A DNA stretch of 61,803 bases from Methanothrix sp. (lineage in GTDB: Archaea > Halobacteriota > Methanosarcinia > Methanotrichales > Methanotrichaceae): positions 1 through 61,803 of the forward strand of contig DATLBD010000141.1 of assembly GCA_035527135.1 (NCBI GenBank). Direction: 5' to 3'. Below are positions 11,643-23,800 of this stretch, piece after piece. A model generated the notes under the pieces. It was given only the letters and a program-made list of their open reading frames with translations, did not search any database and was not told the origin of the DNA. Numbering within the stretch: the stretch's first letter is position 1; each line of letters starts with the position of its first letter. Both the position numbers and the translations under genes were made by a program.

Positions 11643-13322
11643 CTAACTTTCGGCCAGTATATGTCCGATGATCCTGCCGTAAGCTGGCCTTGCTATGAAT
11701 GTGCCCAGGATCACACCCAGGATGATGATGAGTGCAAATCCGGTGAGCGCGCCAAAGCCCATGACAAGCAACGGCAGCATGGCCACGCAAGTTGTCGTCG
11801 CAGCTCCCAGGATGATAATGAAAGCCCTGGACAGCCTGGCAAGATAGACCTTGCTGGTGGTAGCAACTGCCTTGCCAACGCCCGCCTTTTCCGCCGCATC
11901 TGCCGCTCTCTCCTTGATGCTGCGTTGGGCAGAAGATGCCACCGCCTCGCCGCCTTTCATCAGCTCATCGGTGATGATAACGAGCTGATCCACGCCCGTG
12001 CCTATCACCATGATGATTCCAGCCAGGCTTGCTAGATCAAGCTGCCAGCCCGCTAAAGCCCACACGCCCAGCATCATCACGACCTCGAAAAAGGACGTGG
12101 TCACCATAGGCAGGACGATCCTCTTCTCCCGGTAACGGTAGTAAATCATGCCGGCTACAGCCAGAAGAGCAATAAACCCTGCTATGACCATCTGCAGCTT
12201 GAACTGCTTGCCCAAAGCGGCAGATACCTGGCCGGAGCCCACAACCTCAACGTTGACAGGAAGGGCGCCTTCTCGCAGGTGAATATAAAGCTCTTTAGCC
12301 TTAGCAGAGCCTGCATCGCCTCCACCCACGGTCGCTTGCATGCTTCGCGAAGGAGCCTTCTCTAGACTGCTTGCCAGCTCAGGGGCAAGTGGTGCGGAAA
12401 AGATCTCATCCTTATCCAGATACATGGATATGAAATGGTCCTTAGGTTTCTTGGTGGCACCAGAGTCTATTGCTGCCTTCTGGAAGACCCTCGCGCCCTC
12501 TTCCGAGAGCACAAATGGAACACCCCATCCACTATTGCTTGGGTCGGGAATCTCTACAGACTCCACAGCATCTCCGTAAAGCACGTGCATGCTCTGGTTG
12601 TTCTCGGTTTGGATTCTTATCTCGAACTTGCCGGGCTTGCCTACTACCTCCTGGGCAGCAGCCACATCCATTCCCGCCAGATCGATGAGGATGTACTTAT
12701 TGTCTACAACTCTGACCTTTATATCCTGAAGGCCCAGGCGGTTGAGCTTGGAGTCTAAAACCGTCTTGGTCTCATCCACGGTCTCTCGAGACACGCCCAT
12801 TACAAATGCATCTTCGCCGGGGGGCACTTTGCCACCCACCGGAGCTAGGAGCGCATCAAGCGATTCCCGGGTAACATTGGTCCGGATCTCATAGCGGACG
12901 GGTGCGACTTCGATATTGAGCTTGACATCTGCATCCAGATTCTTCTTGAGATAGTTGATGACTATTGTCTCTGGAGCCGCCATTATTGTGATCTTGGTGC
13001 TGTTACCCCCTTCAGCAATTTTCGCCCCTATGTATCCGAGATCATCGGCAAGCGTTGACTTGACTGTGCCTGGCACCGTTACAACATAGCTCTGTCCGTG
13101 CCTCTCTACAGAGGAGGCATTGAACTGAACTTCAAGAATATTCTCAGGGGAAACATCGATTTGCGCCTCAGCGCCCTGCAATTGAAGTTGCAGATACGAG
13201 CCGCCCTCCAGATCCAGTCCGAATTTAAGGCCGAAAAAGCCGATGGAAATGATGGCTAAAACCACGAACACCGCATACAAGACGACCCTTCGATCCTTGG
13301 ATAGTTCCTCGAGAAGGCTCAT
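11643..13322 (-). CDS. secD: preprotein translocase subunit SecD
   Basis: GLDLEGG, large extracytoplasmic domain, LREGALP, IGTGVD and TM bundle. Confidence 0.95.
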   Translation of the reverse strand: MSLLEELSKDRRVVLYAVFVVLAIISIGFFGLKFGLDLEGGSYLQLQLQGAEAQIDVSPENILEVQFNASSVERHGQSYVVTVPGTVKSTLADDLGYIGAKIAEGGNSTKITIMAAPETIVINYLKKNLDADVKLNIEVAPVRYEIRTNVTRESLDALLAPVGGKVPPGEDAFVMGVSRETVDETKTVLDSKLNRLGLQDIKVRVVDNKYILIDLAGMDVAAAQEVVGKPGKFEIRIQTENNQSMHVLYGDAVESVEIPDPSNSGWGVPFVLSEEGARVFQKAAIDSGATKKPKDHFISMYLDKDEIFSAPLAPELASSLEKAPSRSMQATVGGGDAGSAKAKELYIHLREGALPVNVEVVGSGQVSAALGKQFKLQMVIAGFIALLAVAGMIYYRYREKRIVLPMVTTSFFEVVMMLGVWALAGWQLDLASLAGIIMVIGTGVDQLVIITDELMKGGEAVASSAQRSIKERAADAAEKAGVGKAVATTSKVYLARLSRAFIIILGAATTTCVAMLPLLVMGFGALTGFALIIILGVILGTFIARPAYGRIIGHILAES

Positions 13323-14209
13323 CTTCTCTGCCCCCTAACTGTCTTCTTCGGCCGATTCATGTACCATCTCAGACCCTGGGCATTTGTGACCCAGGTGTTG
13401 ATGACATCCGCCGCCAGGCCGAATATGAGGACAGTCGTCATATCGGCAATGATATCCATTCTGGTGAATGACGGTACTATAAGATATAGGAAGTTTGAGA
13501 TTATTATGAGCGAAATTATCGCAGCAATGGTGGTCCCGGCCATGGTCAGGCCTGTTCCCATTGCTCCTCTAATCTTATCTTCCACTGCACCCTTGCGCTT
13601 CAATACCCTCATGGATAGCAAGATATCGGTATCAACAGAATAACCAATGAGCATGAGAAGAGCAGCTACCGTTCCCAGTGAGAGCTGAACGCCGGTCAAG
13701 TTCATAGAAGCTGCTGCAGTCAAAATGTCGGCCATCGCACTTACCACAACCAAGAGAGACACCATCGGATGCCTGAATACGACAAAGACCACTATGGCCA
13801 TAAATAAAAAGGACAGAGGAAGGTATCTGATGACCTGCGCCTGAAGCTCCTTGCTATAAATTGGCCCCATGTGCCTGATCTCTGGACTGTCGAACTTGGC
13901 ATTCGCCAGCTTGGCCAGCTCGGTATACTCCGAATCGCTCATGGGCCCGAACTGGAGCATGAATCTGCTACCGATGTTTCTTACGTCTACCAGAGGATAC
14001 GAAGCAAACTCTGCTGCCACACTCTCTTCCGATTCCGTCGAGGGCACTGTGATAAGAGTGCCTCCCGTAAACTCTATTCCCAGCTTCACAGGCGAGCCCG
14101 TGCTGAGGTAGGTCGCGCCCAAGCTGATAAGTGCCAATATTATGATAGCGATAGGAATCAGCATTATCTGCTTGGGTGGGTACTTAGAAACGATGTCCTC
14201 CAATTCCAT
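13319..14209 (-). CDS. secF: preprotein translocase subunit SecF
   Basis: LGIEFTGG, LMLIGYSVDTDILL; ATGA overlap with secD. Confidence 0.95.
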   Translation of the reverse strand: MELEDIVSKYPPKQIMLIPIAIIILALISLGATYLSTGSPVKLGIEFTGGTLITVPSTESEESVAAEFASYPLVDVRNIGSRFMLQFGPMSDSEYTELAKLANAKFDSPEIRHMGPIYSKELQAQVIRYLPLSFLFMAIVVFVVFRHPMVSLLVVVSAMADILTAAASMNLTGVQLSLGTVAALLMLIGYSVDTDILLSMRVLKRKGAVEDKIRGAMGTGLTMAGTTIAAIISLIIISNFLYLIVPSFTRMDIIADMTTVLIFGLAADVINTWVTNAQGLRWYMNRPKKTVRGQRR

Positions 14210-14454
14210 GTTATTCTCCTCGAACTTCCTCTATGATTAAACCCACCACATTAATATTACTTTGCGAATATGCTACTATAGCGAATGTACTGCTATTGCG
14301 ATAGCCTTTCATTGCGCTTTCATTGCGAATGTATTGCTTGATGTTTATGCGCCTTCATAAGAATATTTCAATCTATTTACGGCTTATCGTCAATGCTCAT
14401 CCTATAGGCCGATCTTCAAAGCATGTTATCAACGCATGTTATCAAAGCCTGTCG

Positions 14455-15735
14455 TCAAACCTTCTCCCACTTCTTAAGGTTTGCCACCTGCGAGAGAGTC
14501 TTTCCGCGCCTGATCTCCTCATAGAGCCTGCTTTCCATCTTCTCCACCTCTTTGGCTCTCCTGGCAATCTCATAAGCCCTCTCTTTGGGTATGACTACAA
14601 CTCCGCTATCGTCTCCCACAATGTAGTCACCGGGTCGCACCGTCTGGCCGCCACAGGTGATCTCGGAGTTGATCTCGCCCATGCCCTTGGGGTCGCCTGC
14701 ATTTAGTGTGATCCCTGAGGAGAATATGGGATAGTTCAAGGCTCTGATCTCATCGACATCCCGTACGGCTCCATCCATAACTACGCCCTCAATTCCCTTA
14801 ACCTTGCAGCTCAATGTGGCCAGACCACCCCAGGGTGCGATGTAATTGCTGCCATTGTAGATAACCAGCACATCCCCTGGCCCTGCCAGGTCAATGGCCT
14901 CCACCGGCTTGGCCCAGTCTCCTGCAAAGGTTTGCACGGTTATAGCCCTGCCTACGATCTTGCTGCCCAGATTTATGGGAAGGATGCCGCGCATGGCTCC
15001 CTTGCGGTGCATGGCATCGGAGATGTTGGGTGCTGATACCTCCCGCAGAATGGATACCATCTCCTCCTCTAGACTCATTTTCGGTGCCCTGCTTACCTGG
15101 GCATGGTCTATTGCTTCGCGAATTTTTCGGGCCGAAGCCGTTACATTGGCGCTTCTCACAATGCTTCCGCCCACGATGACAACAGCAGCACCGCTGGCGA
15201 TAGCCTCGGCACCGGAGAGGGCATCTATGCCACCTGCCGCCGCCACCGGAGTTTTGACCTCTTTTACGATCTCTTTCAGGAAATCGACGGTGTCGCGACC
15301 GGTCATCTGCTGGTCGATCCCTACGTGAACGCAGATGTAGTCTACACCAAGAACGTCTAGCTCACGGGAGCGCTTTACGGGATCTGGGACGGTCAGAAGA
15401 TCCATCATGATCTGCACGCCGTATTTTCGCGCCGCCCTCAGGGCATCCTCGATGGTAGAGTTGTCGGAGGCGGCAAGCAAAGCCACGATATCTGCTCCGG
15501 CTTTGGCTGCCATCTCTACCTCCATGGCGCCGGTATCCACGGTCTTCATATCGGCTACGATTTTGGTACCAGGAAGGGCCTTCTTCATCTCGCGCACAGC
15601 GTTCATACCTTCGCTCTTGATGAGAGGTGTTCCTGCCTCAATCCAGTCTGCTCCACCCGAGACTGCCTCTTTGGCTATCTGGATTGATCTGTCTAGCTCC
15701 AGAAGATCCAGTGCCACCTGTAGAATGGGTTTAAT
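14455..15735 (-). CDS. hxlA: 3-hexulose-6-phosphate synthase fused to RraA/MenG-like domain
   Basis: [34 protein letters not shown]; C-terminal [25 protein letters not shown]; N-terminus extends in frame to ATT 15735. Confidence 0.88.
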   Translation of the reverse strand: MKPILQVALDLLELDRSIQIAKEAVSGGADWIEAGTPLIKSEGMNAVREMKKALPGTKIVADMKTVDTGAMEVEMAAKAGADIVALLAASDNSTIEDALRAARKYGVQIMMDLLTVPDPVKRSRELDVLGVDYICVHVGIDQQMTGRDTVDFLKEIVKEVKTPVAAAGGIDALSGAEAIASGAAVVIVGGSIVRSANVTASARKIREAIDHAQVSRAPKMSLEEEMVSILREVSAPNISDAMHRKGAMRGILPINLGSKIVGRAITVQTFAGDWAKPVEAIDLAGPGDVLVIYNGSNYIAPWGGLATLSCKVKGIEGVVMDGAVRDVDEIRALNYPIFSSGITLNAGDPKGMGEINSEITCGGQTVRPGDYIVGDDSGVVVIPKERAYEIARRAKEVEKMESRLYEEIRRGKTLSQVANLKKWEKV

Positions 15736-15778
15736 ATCATATCACCACACAACAGCACAAGCCTAAGTAAATTGATAC

Positions 15779-16690
15779 ATGGTATATAAAATGAAGCTGG
15801 CAGAGATTTCTGAGATAGAGCTTGATGACGGTCCCTTTCGGTCTCACAGCCTGACCTTCACCAAGCTGCATGGAAACGGCAACGACTTCATCTTGGTAGA
15901 TGAAATAGGGCAAGAGCAGGTAGTTGAGAGCGAGAAGAGAAGATTTGCTATTGCCTGCTGCCATCGCAACTTCGGCATCGGTGCAGATGGAGTTTTATTC
16001 CTGACAAGCAGCCCGCGAGCGGACCTGGGCATGAGGCTCATTCAGCCGGACGGCTCGGAGGCGGAGATGTGCGGCAACGGCATACGCTGCCTGGCCAAAT
16101 ATGCATGGGATACGGGATATGTGGGTGAGTTCTTTGATGTTGAGACCTTAGCAGGCATAATTTCCGTGCAGGTTCGAGAAATGGATGGCTGTTTTTGGGC
16201 CAAGGTAGATATGGGAGTGCCCAAGTTCGACCGGCCCACTATCCCCGCCTGCGGCTTTGGCGAAATGCTCTCAGAAGAGATAGAGGGCCTCCGGGTTTCG
16301 GCAGTCAATACCGGCGTTCCTCATGCGGTTGTTTTCGTCGAGGATATGGATTTTGACATCCGGGAGACGGCCCCGCTTATAAGACACCATAGCCTCTTTC
16401 CGGAAGGTGCCAATGTCAATTTTGTCAAGCCCGGCCAGCCTTTTCAGATCAGGACCTTCGAGAGGGGTGTAGAAGGGGAGACTTTCTCCTGCGGCACGGG
16501 TGCCGTGGCCAGTGCCAGTGTGGCACGCCGCCTGGGAGTGGTAGACAATGAGGTCTTGGTGCAGACCAAAGGCGGACCTTTGATCATAACCTTCGAAGAG
16601 GGCAAGGCCTTTATGGAGGGGCCGGCGGTAACAGTTTGCTCCGGCGAGCTTTCCGAAGAATACCTGTGGAACCTTTATCAGGAGCCGTGA
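15779..16690 (+). CDS. dapF: diaminopimelate epimerase
   Basis: KLHGNGNDF, EMCGNGIRC, GVPH, RTFERGVEGETFSCGTG. Confidence 0.95.
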   Translation: MVYKMKLAEISEIELDDGPFRSHSLTFTKLHGNGNDFILVDEIGQEQVVESEKRRFAIACCHRNFGIGADGVLFLTSSPRADLGMRLIQPDGSEAEMCGNGIRCLAKYAWDTGYVGEFFDVETLAGIISVQVREMDGCFWAKVDMGVPKFDRPTIPACGFGEMLSEEIEGLRVSAVNTGVPHAVVFVEDMDFDIRETAPLIRHHSLFPEGANVNFVKPGQPFQIRTFERGVEGETFSCGTGAVASASVARRLGVVDNEVLVQTKGGPLIITFEEGKAFMEGPAVTVCSGELSEEYLWNLYQEP

Positions 16691-16713
16691 GAAAAATTAT
16701 TGAGGCAAAAAAG

Positions 16714-17190
16714 ATGGGAAAGGCGGCATTCTCGGGGCGGATGGTTCTTTTCATTATCTTCACTTTCTTAACGCTCTTCACGCTCTTCACTCTCGCAAGT
16801 CCGGCTTATGCGGAGCATTATGTGATGGAGATCGGCAGCAAGAGCAATCCCAATGCCCATCTTTTCGCCTACGACCAGAAGTTCCGGGAGAGCACCAATC
16901 TGCATAACTATCCTATGAAAATGAGCGCATCCAAGGAGTTCACCGATGCCACCCGTCTCTCCACCAGGATGGAATTAAAGGCGCTTCCCAATCTCACGGA
17001 GATAAGCATAGACGCGGACTTCATCGGCATTGGACGCATCGGCTATCTGGTACTGGACCCGGAAACCGGGAACATAAAGGACGAGATGTCGCGCATCAAT
17101 CATATGTTTGTGGGCAACTTCAGCATTGAAGAGCAGATCCTGGTGGCCAAGGATCACATGTGCGAGAACGGATATCTGCCATGTGCGTGA
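16714..17190 (+). CDS. secreted hypothetical protein with Cys-containing C-terminus
   Basis: Signal peptide (..LFTLASPAYA), ends CENGYLPCA. Confidence 0.7.
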   Translation: MGKAAFSGRMVLFIIFTFLTLFTLFTLASPAYAEHYVMEIGSKSNPNAHLFAYDQKFRESTNLHNYPMKMSASKEFTDATRLSTRMELKALPNLTEISIDADFIGIGRIGYLVLDPETGNIKDEMSRINHMFVGNFSIEEQILVAKDHMCENGYLPCA

Positions 17191-17821
17191 CCTCCAATCG
17201 TTTTGTGTCTTTATGTAAGGGTTGAGGGGCTCAGATCACGATTTGCAGCAAACGCGATAGAGAAATCCGCATGAGTATTGGCACTCCATAGAGCCTGAAA
17301 ATGAAATCCTTCTGCCAAGGTTGCAATTGGCTGGGCTAAATGGGATGACTTTGTGTTTTATTCGTGAGCTGCGTTGTTGATAAGTTTGTATAAAATAATA
17401 AATAGTTGATCGGCGGATTAAGTATAAATGATATAAAATAAAAACCTAGTCAGGATCATTTAATCCTTCTCGGTCCGCTTCATATTAAAATGAAATAACT
17501 ATGAGTATTCATAATAATCCCCAATTTCTGGTTTTCCTATATTAGAAGAAACAATATATTTTTAAAATTGTTTTGATAATAACTACAATAGCAAGTATTT
17601 TATACCATACTTTTGCCAGAACATACTGATCATAGATTCGGATCAATGATCCTAACATCTTCAGGGGATTGGCGGCCGTTCCAAACTCCTGGGTTTTTTG
17701 TGGAGGGAAAGGGAGCATGGCAAAGGAATCGGGCCGCTCGGGAGGGCGCGCGCAGTCGGTGGAGAGCCGCGAGCATTGGCAGTATGATCTCATCTGCAAT
17801 AAGCCCAAGAGAGGTGGCAGC

Positions 17822-20800
17822 ATGAGACGGTTGCTGCTCTTGGCTCTGTTGGCCATGCTTTTGCTGGCCTCTGCCCAGGCGAAAGAAGTAGCTTTAGCAG
17901 CTTTGCAGGGCAATGCCTGGCATGACCTGGACTGCGACGGTCTCCAGGATCCGGGCGAGCCCGGTCTCGCAAATGTCCAGGTAGTTCTCTTGGACGGCAG
18001 CGGCAATCCTCTGACTCCTGTACAGATTGGCGGACTGCCTGTAGCAACCCAGACTGATGCAGACGGAGCGTACCAATTCACGGTTCCATCTGGAAGGCAG
18101 TATCGGGTCAAGTTCAGCCCGTCTTCGGGTCTGTTCTTCAGCCCCAAGGATCAAGGAAGCGACGATTCAAAGGACAGCGATGCCGATCCGGCCACCGGCC
18201 AGACTGATGCCATTGCCACGATACCCGGCCAGAGCTATCCTGGCTGGGATGCGGGCATATACGAGAACGAGATAATAATTAATGAGATTTACCCAAATCC
18301 AACTGGAAGCGACAACCGGGATGGTGTGGTCTCCTGGGAACGGGTGGAGCTGAAGAATGTAGGATCCTCAGACTGCAATATCGGTCAGTGGTCCATCGAA
18401 GATGACGAAGGCACCCTTTATACCATTCCCGCAGGCACTACTCTACCAGCAGGCGAATATCTGGTAGTTCACATCGGTGGCTATTCCGTGGGCATAAGCA
18501 ATTCCGATGGCGATCCGGTGATCCTCTACAATTTTGCCAGACAGGAAATGGAGCGGGTCGTCTGCCCAGTCTGCAGCAAAAAAGAAGGGCTGAGCTACTC
18601 CTGCCTTCCCGATGCATCCGAGAACTGGGACTTTCGGGGCGAGCCCACCTTTGGTGGCGATCTCTCTGAGACGAGCCTGCCCGGCGCTGTCAATGCCGTC
18701 CAGGACTATGGCGATGCTCCTGCATCCACTGGCACCACGCGCGCCCAGAATGGCCCGCGCCATTTTATCCTCGGACCGCACCTGGGCTCTCTGGTCGACA
18801 ATGAGCCGGACGGCCAGCCGGGACCCAATGCAAACGGAGACGACACCACCGGCCAGGATGATGAAGACGGTGTGACCTTCTCCAACCTCATCGTAGGCCA
18901 GAACTCGACGTTCGATGTGACCGCTTCGGCCTCGGGCATTCTGCAGGCCTGGATGGATTTCAATGGCGACGGAGCTTTCGACAATTCTGTAGAGCGGATA
19001 GCCATCGATCAATCGCTCACTGCGGGCGAGCATTCCTTGAGCTTCAGTGTGCCTTCCGGAGCCGAAGTCGGATTCACTTACGCTCGCTTCAGGCTGAGCA
19101 GCTCATCTGGCCTTTCGCCCTTAGGCCCTGCTGCGGACGGAGAAGTGGAGGACTACCAGGTGGAGATAAAGCAGAAATACATCCTGGGAGACCGCGTCTG
19201 GGAAGATCTCAATGGAGACGGCTTGCAGGACGCAGCTGAGCCTGGTGTGGATAGTGCCGTGGTCAATCTGAGAGATGAGCAGAACAATCTCGTAGCCAGT
19301 CAGACCACATCCGGCGGAGGATACTATGAGTTCATAAATCCTCTGCCAGGGACTTATACTCTGGAGTTTTTGCCGCCCCAAGGGTACCTTTTTGCCCAGA
19401 AGGATGTAGGGCCAGATGATGAAAAGGACAGCGATGCCGATCCGGCCACGCATCTGGCCGGGCCGGTCACAGTTGTTTTAGACCAGTCCAAATCCACCTG
19501 GGATGCGGGACTCTGCCATTTCGCCTCCATCTCGGGCTGCAAGTTCGAGGACAAAGATGGCGACGGCCAGAGGGACAGTGATGAGCCCGGCCTGAAGGAC
19601 TGGACCATAACGCTTTGCAAACCAGACGAATCAGAGATCACTGCTACCACCGATGAGAACGGTTTCTACTCCTTCACAAACCTGCCTCCGGGCAGCTACA
19701 ATGTCAACGAAGTTCAGCAGTACGGTTGGGTCCAGACTGCTCCGGCTCTCGAGTCTGAAGGAGATACTCACTACAATGTGACCCTCAGTGGCACCAACGT
19801 CACAAACAAGAACTTCGGAAACCGCGGCGCTCTTAGCGTCTACGGGACCAAGATCTACGATCTGAATGGTAACGGGCTCTGGGATGAGGGCGAGCCGGGT
19901 CTGCAAGGCTGGGAGATCCAGCTCAAGGACGGCAACGGAGCCATCATTCAAACCATCACCGAGGCCGATGGCGCTTACGGTTTCACCAACCTTGAGCCGA
20001 CAACTTACATAGTCAGCGAGGTGCAAAAAAACTTCTGGGTGCAGACTGCTCCCCTGGAGAGCAGCTACACCCTCAATCTGGCGAACGGCGATTTTCATGA
20101 CAAGAACTTCACAAACCGTGGCACCCTGAGCATCTCTGGCATCAAGTTCAGTGATATTAACGGCAATGGCGTTAGAGACCAGAACGAGCCTCTTCTACCT
20201 GATTGGCAGATCCAGCTCCGGGACAATCAGGATCTGCTCTTGAAGACCGTTTCCACCAGCAACGATACCGCAACCTTGGGCGCATACACCTTCACCAACC
20301 TGGGACCCGGAGTCTATAAGCTGACCGAGATTTCCCAGAACGGCTGGGTGCAGACAGCACCACCCGGTGGCCAGCATACCGTAGAGCTAGTTAACGCGAA
20401 TGTTGAGGGCAAGGACTTCGGAAACAACAGGCTTGCCATCTACGGTTACAAGTTCCAGGACATCAATGGCAACGGCCAAAAAGAGGAAAACGAGCCCTAT
20501 CTGCTAGGCTGGGAAATCAAGCTCAAGGACGGCAACGGGAACGAGCAAACGGTCACAACCAGCTCCGAGCCCGGCCAGGAGGGCAGATATTCTTTCTCGG
20601 GTCTGCAGCCCGGAGCCTACAAGGTGAGTGAGGTCCAGAAGCCCGGCTGGGTCCGGACCACTCCCTCGGAAGAAAGCTACGACGTGCAACTGTCGACTCA
20701 GGCGGTTGGGCCGGTTATCTTCGGTAACCGCGGCACTCTCTCCATCTCCGGCATGAGGTTCGAGGATCTGAACGGCAACGGCCAGAAGGATGCAGACGAG

Positions 20801-23800
20801 ACCGGACTTAAGGACTGGACCATCAGGCTGCAAAGCCCGCAGATCATCGAGACCACTACGACCACCGGCCAGGACGGTTCATACCAGTTCCAAGACTTGC
20901 CACCCGGGGACTACACCATCAGTGAGTTACTGCAGAGCGGCTGGGTGCAGACTGCACCGCCCGGTGGCCAGCATACCGTAGAGCTAGTTAACGCGAATGT
21001 TGAGGGCAAAGACTTCGGAAACACCAGGCTTGCCATCTACGGTTACAAGTTCCAGGACATCAACGGCAACGGCCAAAAAGAGGAAAACGAGCCCTATCTG
21101 CTAGGCTGGGAAATCAAGCTCAAGGACGGCAACGGGAACGAGCAGACGGTTACAACCAGCTCCGAGCCCGGCCAGGAGGGCAGATACTCTTTCTCGGGTC
21201 TGCAGCCCGGAGCCTATAAGGTGAGTGAGGTCCAGAAGCCCGGCTGGGTCCGGACCACTCCCTCGGAAGAAAGCTACGACGTGCAACTGTCGACTCAGGC
21301 GGTTGGGCCGGTTATCTTCGGTAATCGCGGCACTCTCTCCATCTCCGGCATGAAGTTCCACGACAGGAACGCCAATGGCCAAAAGGATGAGGATGAACTG
21401 CCTCTGTCCGATTGGGAGATTCAGCTCAGGGATGGTAACGGAGTAGTGCAGACCGTCAAGACCAGTGCCAAACCAGGCGAAGAGGGCAGATACGAGTTCG
21501 TGAACCTTCAGCCCGGCACCTATACTGTTACCGAAGAGCAAAGAACGGGCTGGGTGCAGACAGTTCCCACGGAGGATGGCTACACCATAACCCTGACCAA
21601 CCAACCTGTCAGGGGCAAGATTTTCGGCAACAACATGCTTGCTATCTCCGGAATCTGTTTCCTGGATTCAAACGGAAACAGCCAGCGAGACCAGGACGAG
21701 TCACCCTTCTCAGGCTGGGAGATTCAGCTCAAGGACGGTAGCGGAAACGTGCTGCAGACAGCCACCACCAGCTTCGAGCCAGGCAGCGAGGGTCGGTACG
21801 AATTCATGAACCTGGCACCCGGGACCTACAAGGTTGGCGAGGCTCCCAGAGCAGGCTGGATTCGCACCTTCCCACAGGATGAAGACCATGTGGTCACCCT
21901 AACCAACAAGCGCGCGGACGGCATCGACTTCGGCAATCGCGGCACTCTCTCCATCTCTGGCATGAAGTTCGAGGATCTGAACGGCAACGGCCAGAAGGAT
22001 GCAGACGAAACGGGACTTAAGGACTGGACCATCAGGCTGCAAAGCCCGCAGATTATCGAGACTACTACGACCACCGGCCAGGACGGTTCATACCAGTTTC
22101 AAAACCTTCCACCCGAAGACTACACCATCAGCGAGTTACTGCAGAGCGGCTGGGTGCAGACATCTCCTGCCGACGGCTCCTATTTGGTTAATCTCAAGGA
22201 TGCCGATGTCTTCGAGAGGGACTTCGGAAACCGCAAGCTTATAGAAGCCTTCCAGGTCCTGGTGACTGCCAATCCCCAGATGATCCTGCCCGGCCAGGAG
22301 ATCACCTTTACCATCACAATCAACAGCCAAGGCGAGATCCTGCCCGAGAGTCTGGGCGCAGAGAATACGCTGCCCGAGGGCCTGAAATTCGTCTCTTCGA
22401 ATCCCAGCCCTCTGAGCGTAACCGAGAACCCCGATGGCACCACAACACTGACATGGACGGGCCTCGCCTTCGGCTCACTCACCGCGGCCCAGGCAGCTCA
22501 GACGGCTGAATCTCAGGCCACATCCTTGAACTCTGCCCCGGCCCCATCGCCTTCGACATCCATAACCATCACCGCCCAGGCACATTCAGGAGCACCGGAG
22601 AGCCTCACCAGCACTGTTGTGGTCACAGGCAGTTCCAGCCAGGCAGCAGTGGCCTCGGCCACTTCCCAGGCATGCGTGAAATGCCTGAAGCTGCAGAGCG
22701 TCCCGGTGAAGCTGAACAAGACCTCCGACTTGAAAGAGGTCTGGCCTGGAGCGACGATTGGCTACAATATTACCTACACCAGCATGGTGAACATTGCGCT
22801 GACCGACGTGGTAATCGTCGAGCAGTCCTCGCCGGACCTGATTTTCATATCTGCTACGCCCGCACCGGACACGGAAACGAGCACCGTTTGGACGATTGGT
22901 GAACTGCAACCGCATGCTTCGGGCACCATAAGCGTTCTCTTCCTGGTCAAGGATGCTGAGAACCTGAGCTTTGGCAGCCAGTCCCATGTTCAGGGCAATG
23001 GCTTCATGAACCGCTACCGCAGGCTCTCCACGGACACAATTCCATCGAGCATCCAGAACAGCGTTTCTTTAAGCAGCAAAGAGTTCGGCTCGGTCACAGC
23101 CTCCAACTCTGTCCGGCTGCGGGACGCAAAGGGCACGAGCATCCTCAAGAAGGAGCACGGCAGCGGCAATCTCCAAAGCGAGGAACTCTCAGCTCTGGCC
23201 ATGAAGAACAAGACCGTGGAGGTGAACAGCTCCCTTGAGGCCGTCTACCTGCCTACAGCCTTCGATCTGCCCAGGAGGTCGCTGGACTACAACTCCCGAT
23301 TATCCTCGTTGACATGGACCAAGAACCGCGCCACGGACGCCTCGACCAGCCAGGAGTACAGGTATGCAGACAGCCTGGCGCTGGTGCAGCAGATAAGGCT
23401 CGACAAGAACGGCACGGACATGGCCACGGAGGGCTCTGTGCTGGGGCAGACTCACCTGAGCATCCGAAAGAAGGAGCCGACCGAGCTGAAACATCCCTCT
23501 CCAATCTTCGAGTCCACGGAGGACTATTCCGGAGCCTTCCAGTTCAATCAGAGACTGGAAGACTTTGGCTTGAATGTCAAGATGATCAGGAACGTCACCT
23601 GCCTCGGCTGGGCCTCGAGCGACCAGCGCCTCAAGAAGAGCCAGCGAAGCTATGAGCACGGCGCAGGCTCCTACCAGAGCAAGGAGCTGGCAAGCACTGC
23701 AGAAAGCTACATCGCCAAAGACCTAAACGTCATTTACGATCCTCAGTACGGCTACGGCAAATGGAAAGCGGGCATTTGGTCAAAGAGCCCCGGCCAGAGC

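Noticed and set aside
20341-22161. Diversity-generating retroelement TR/VR pair in the giant gene
   Set aside because: Both copies are in-frame coding, differences are mostly synonymous and not adenine-specific, and no reverse transcriptase is present.
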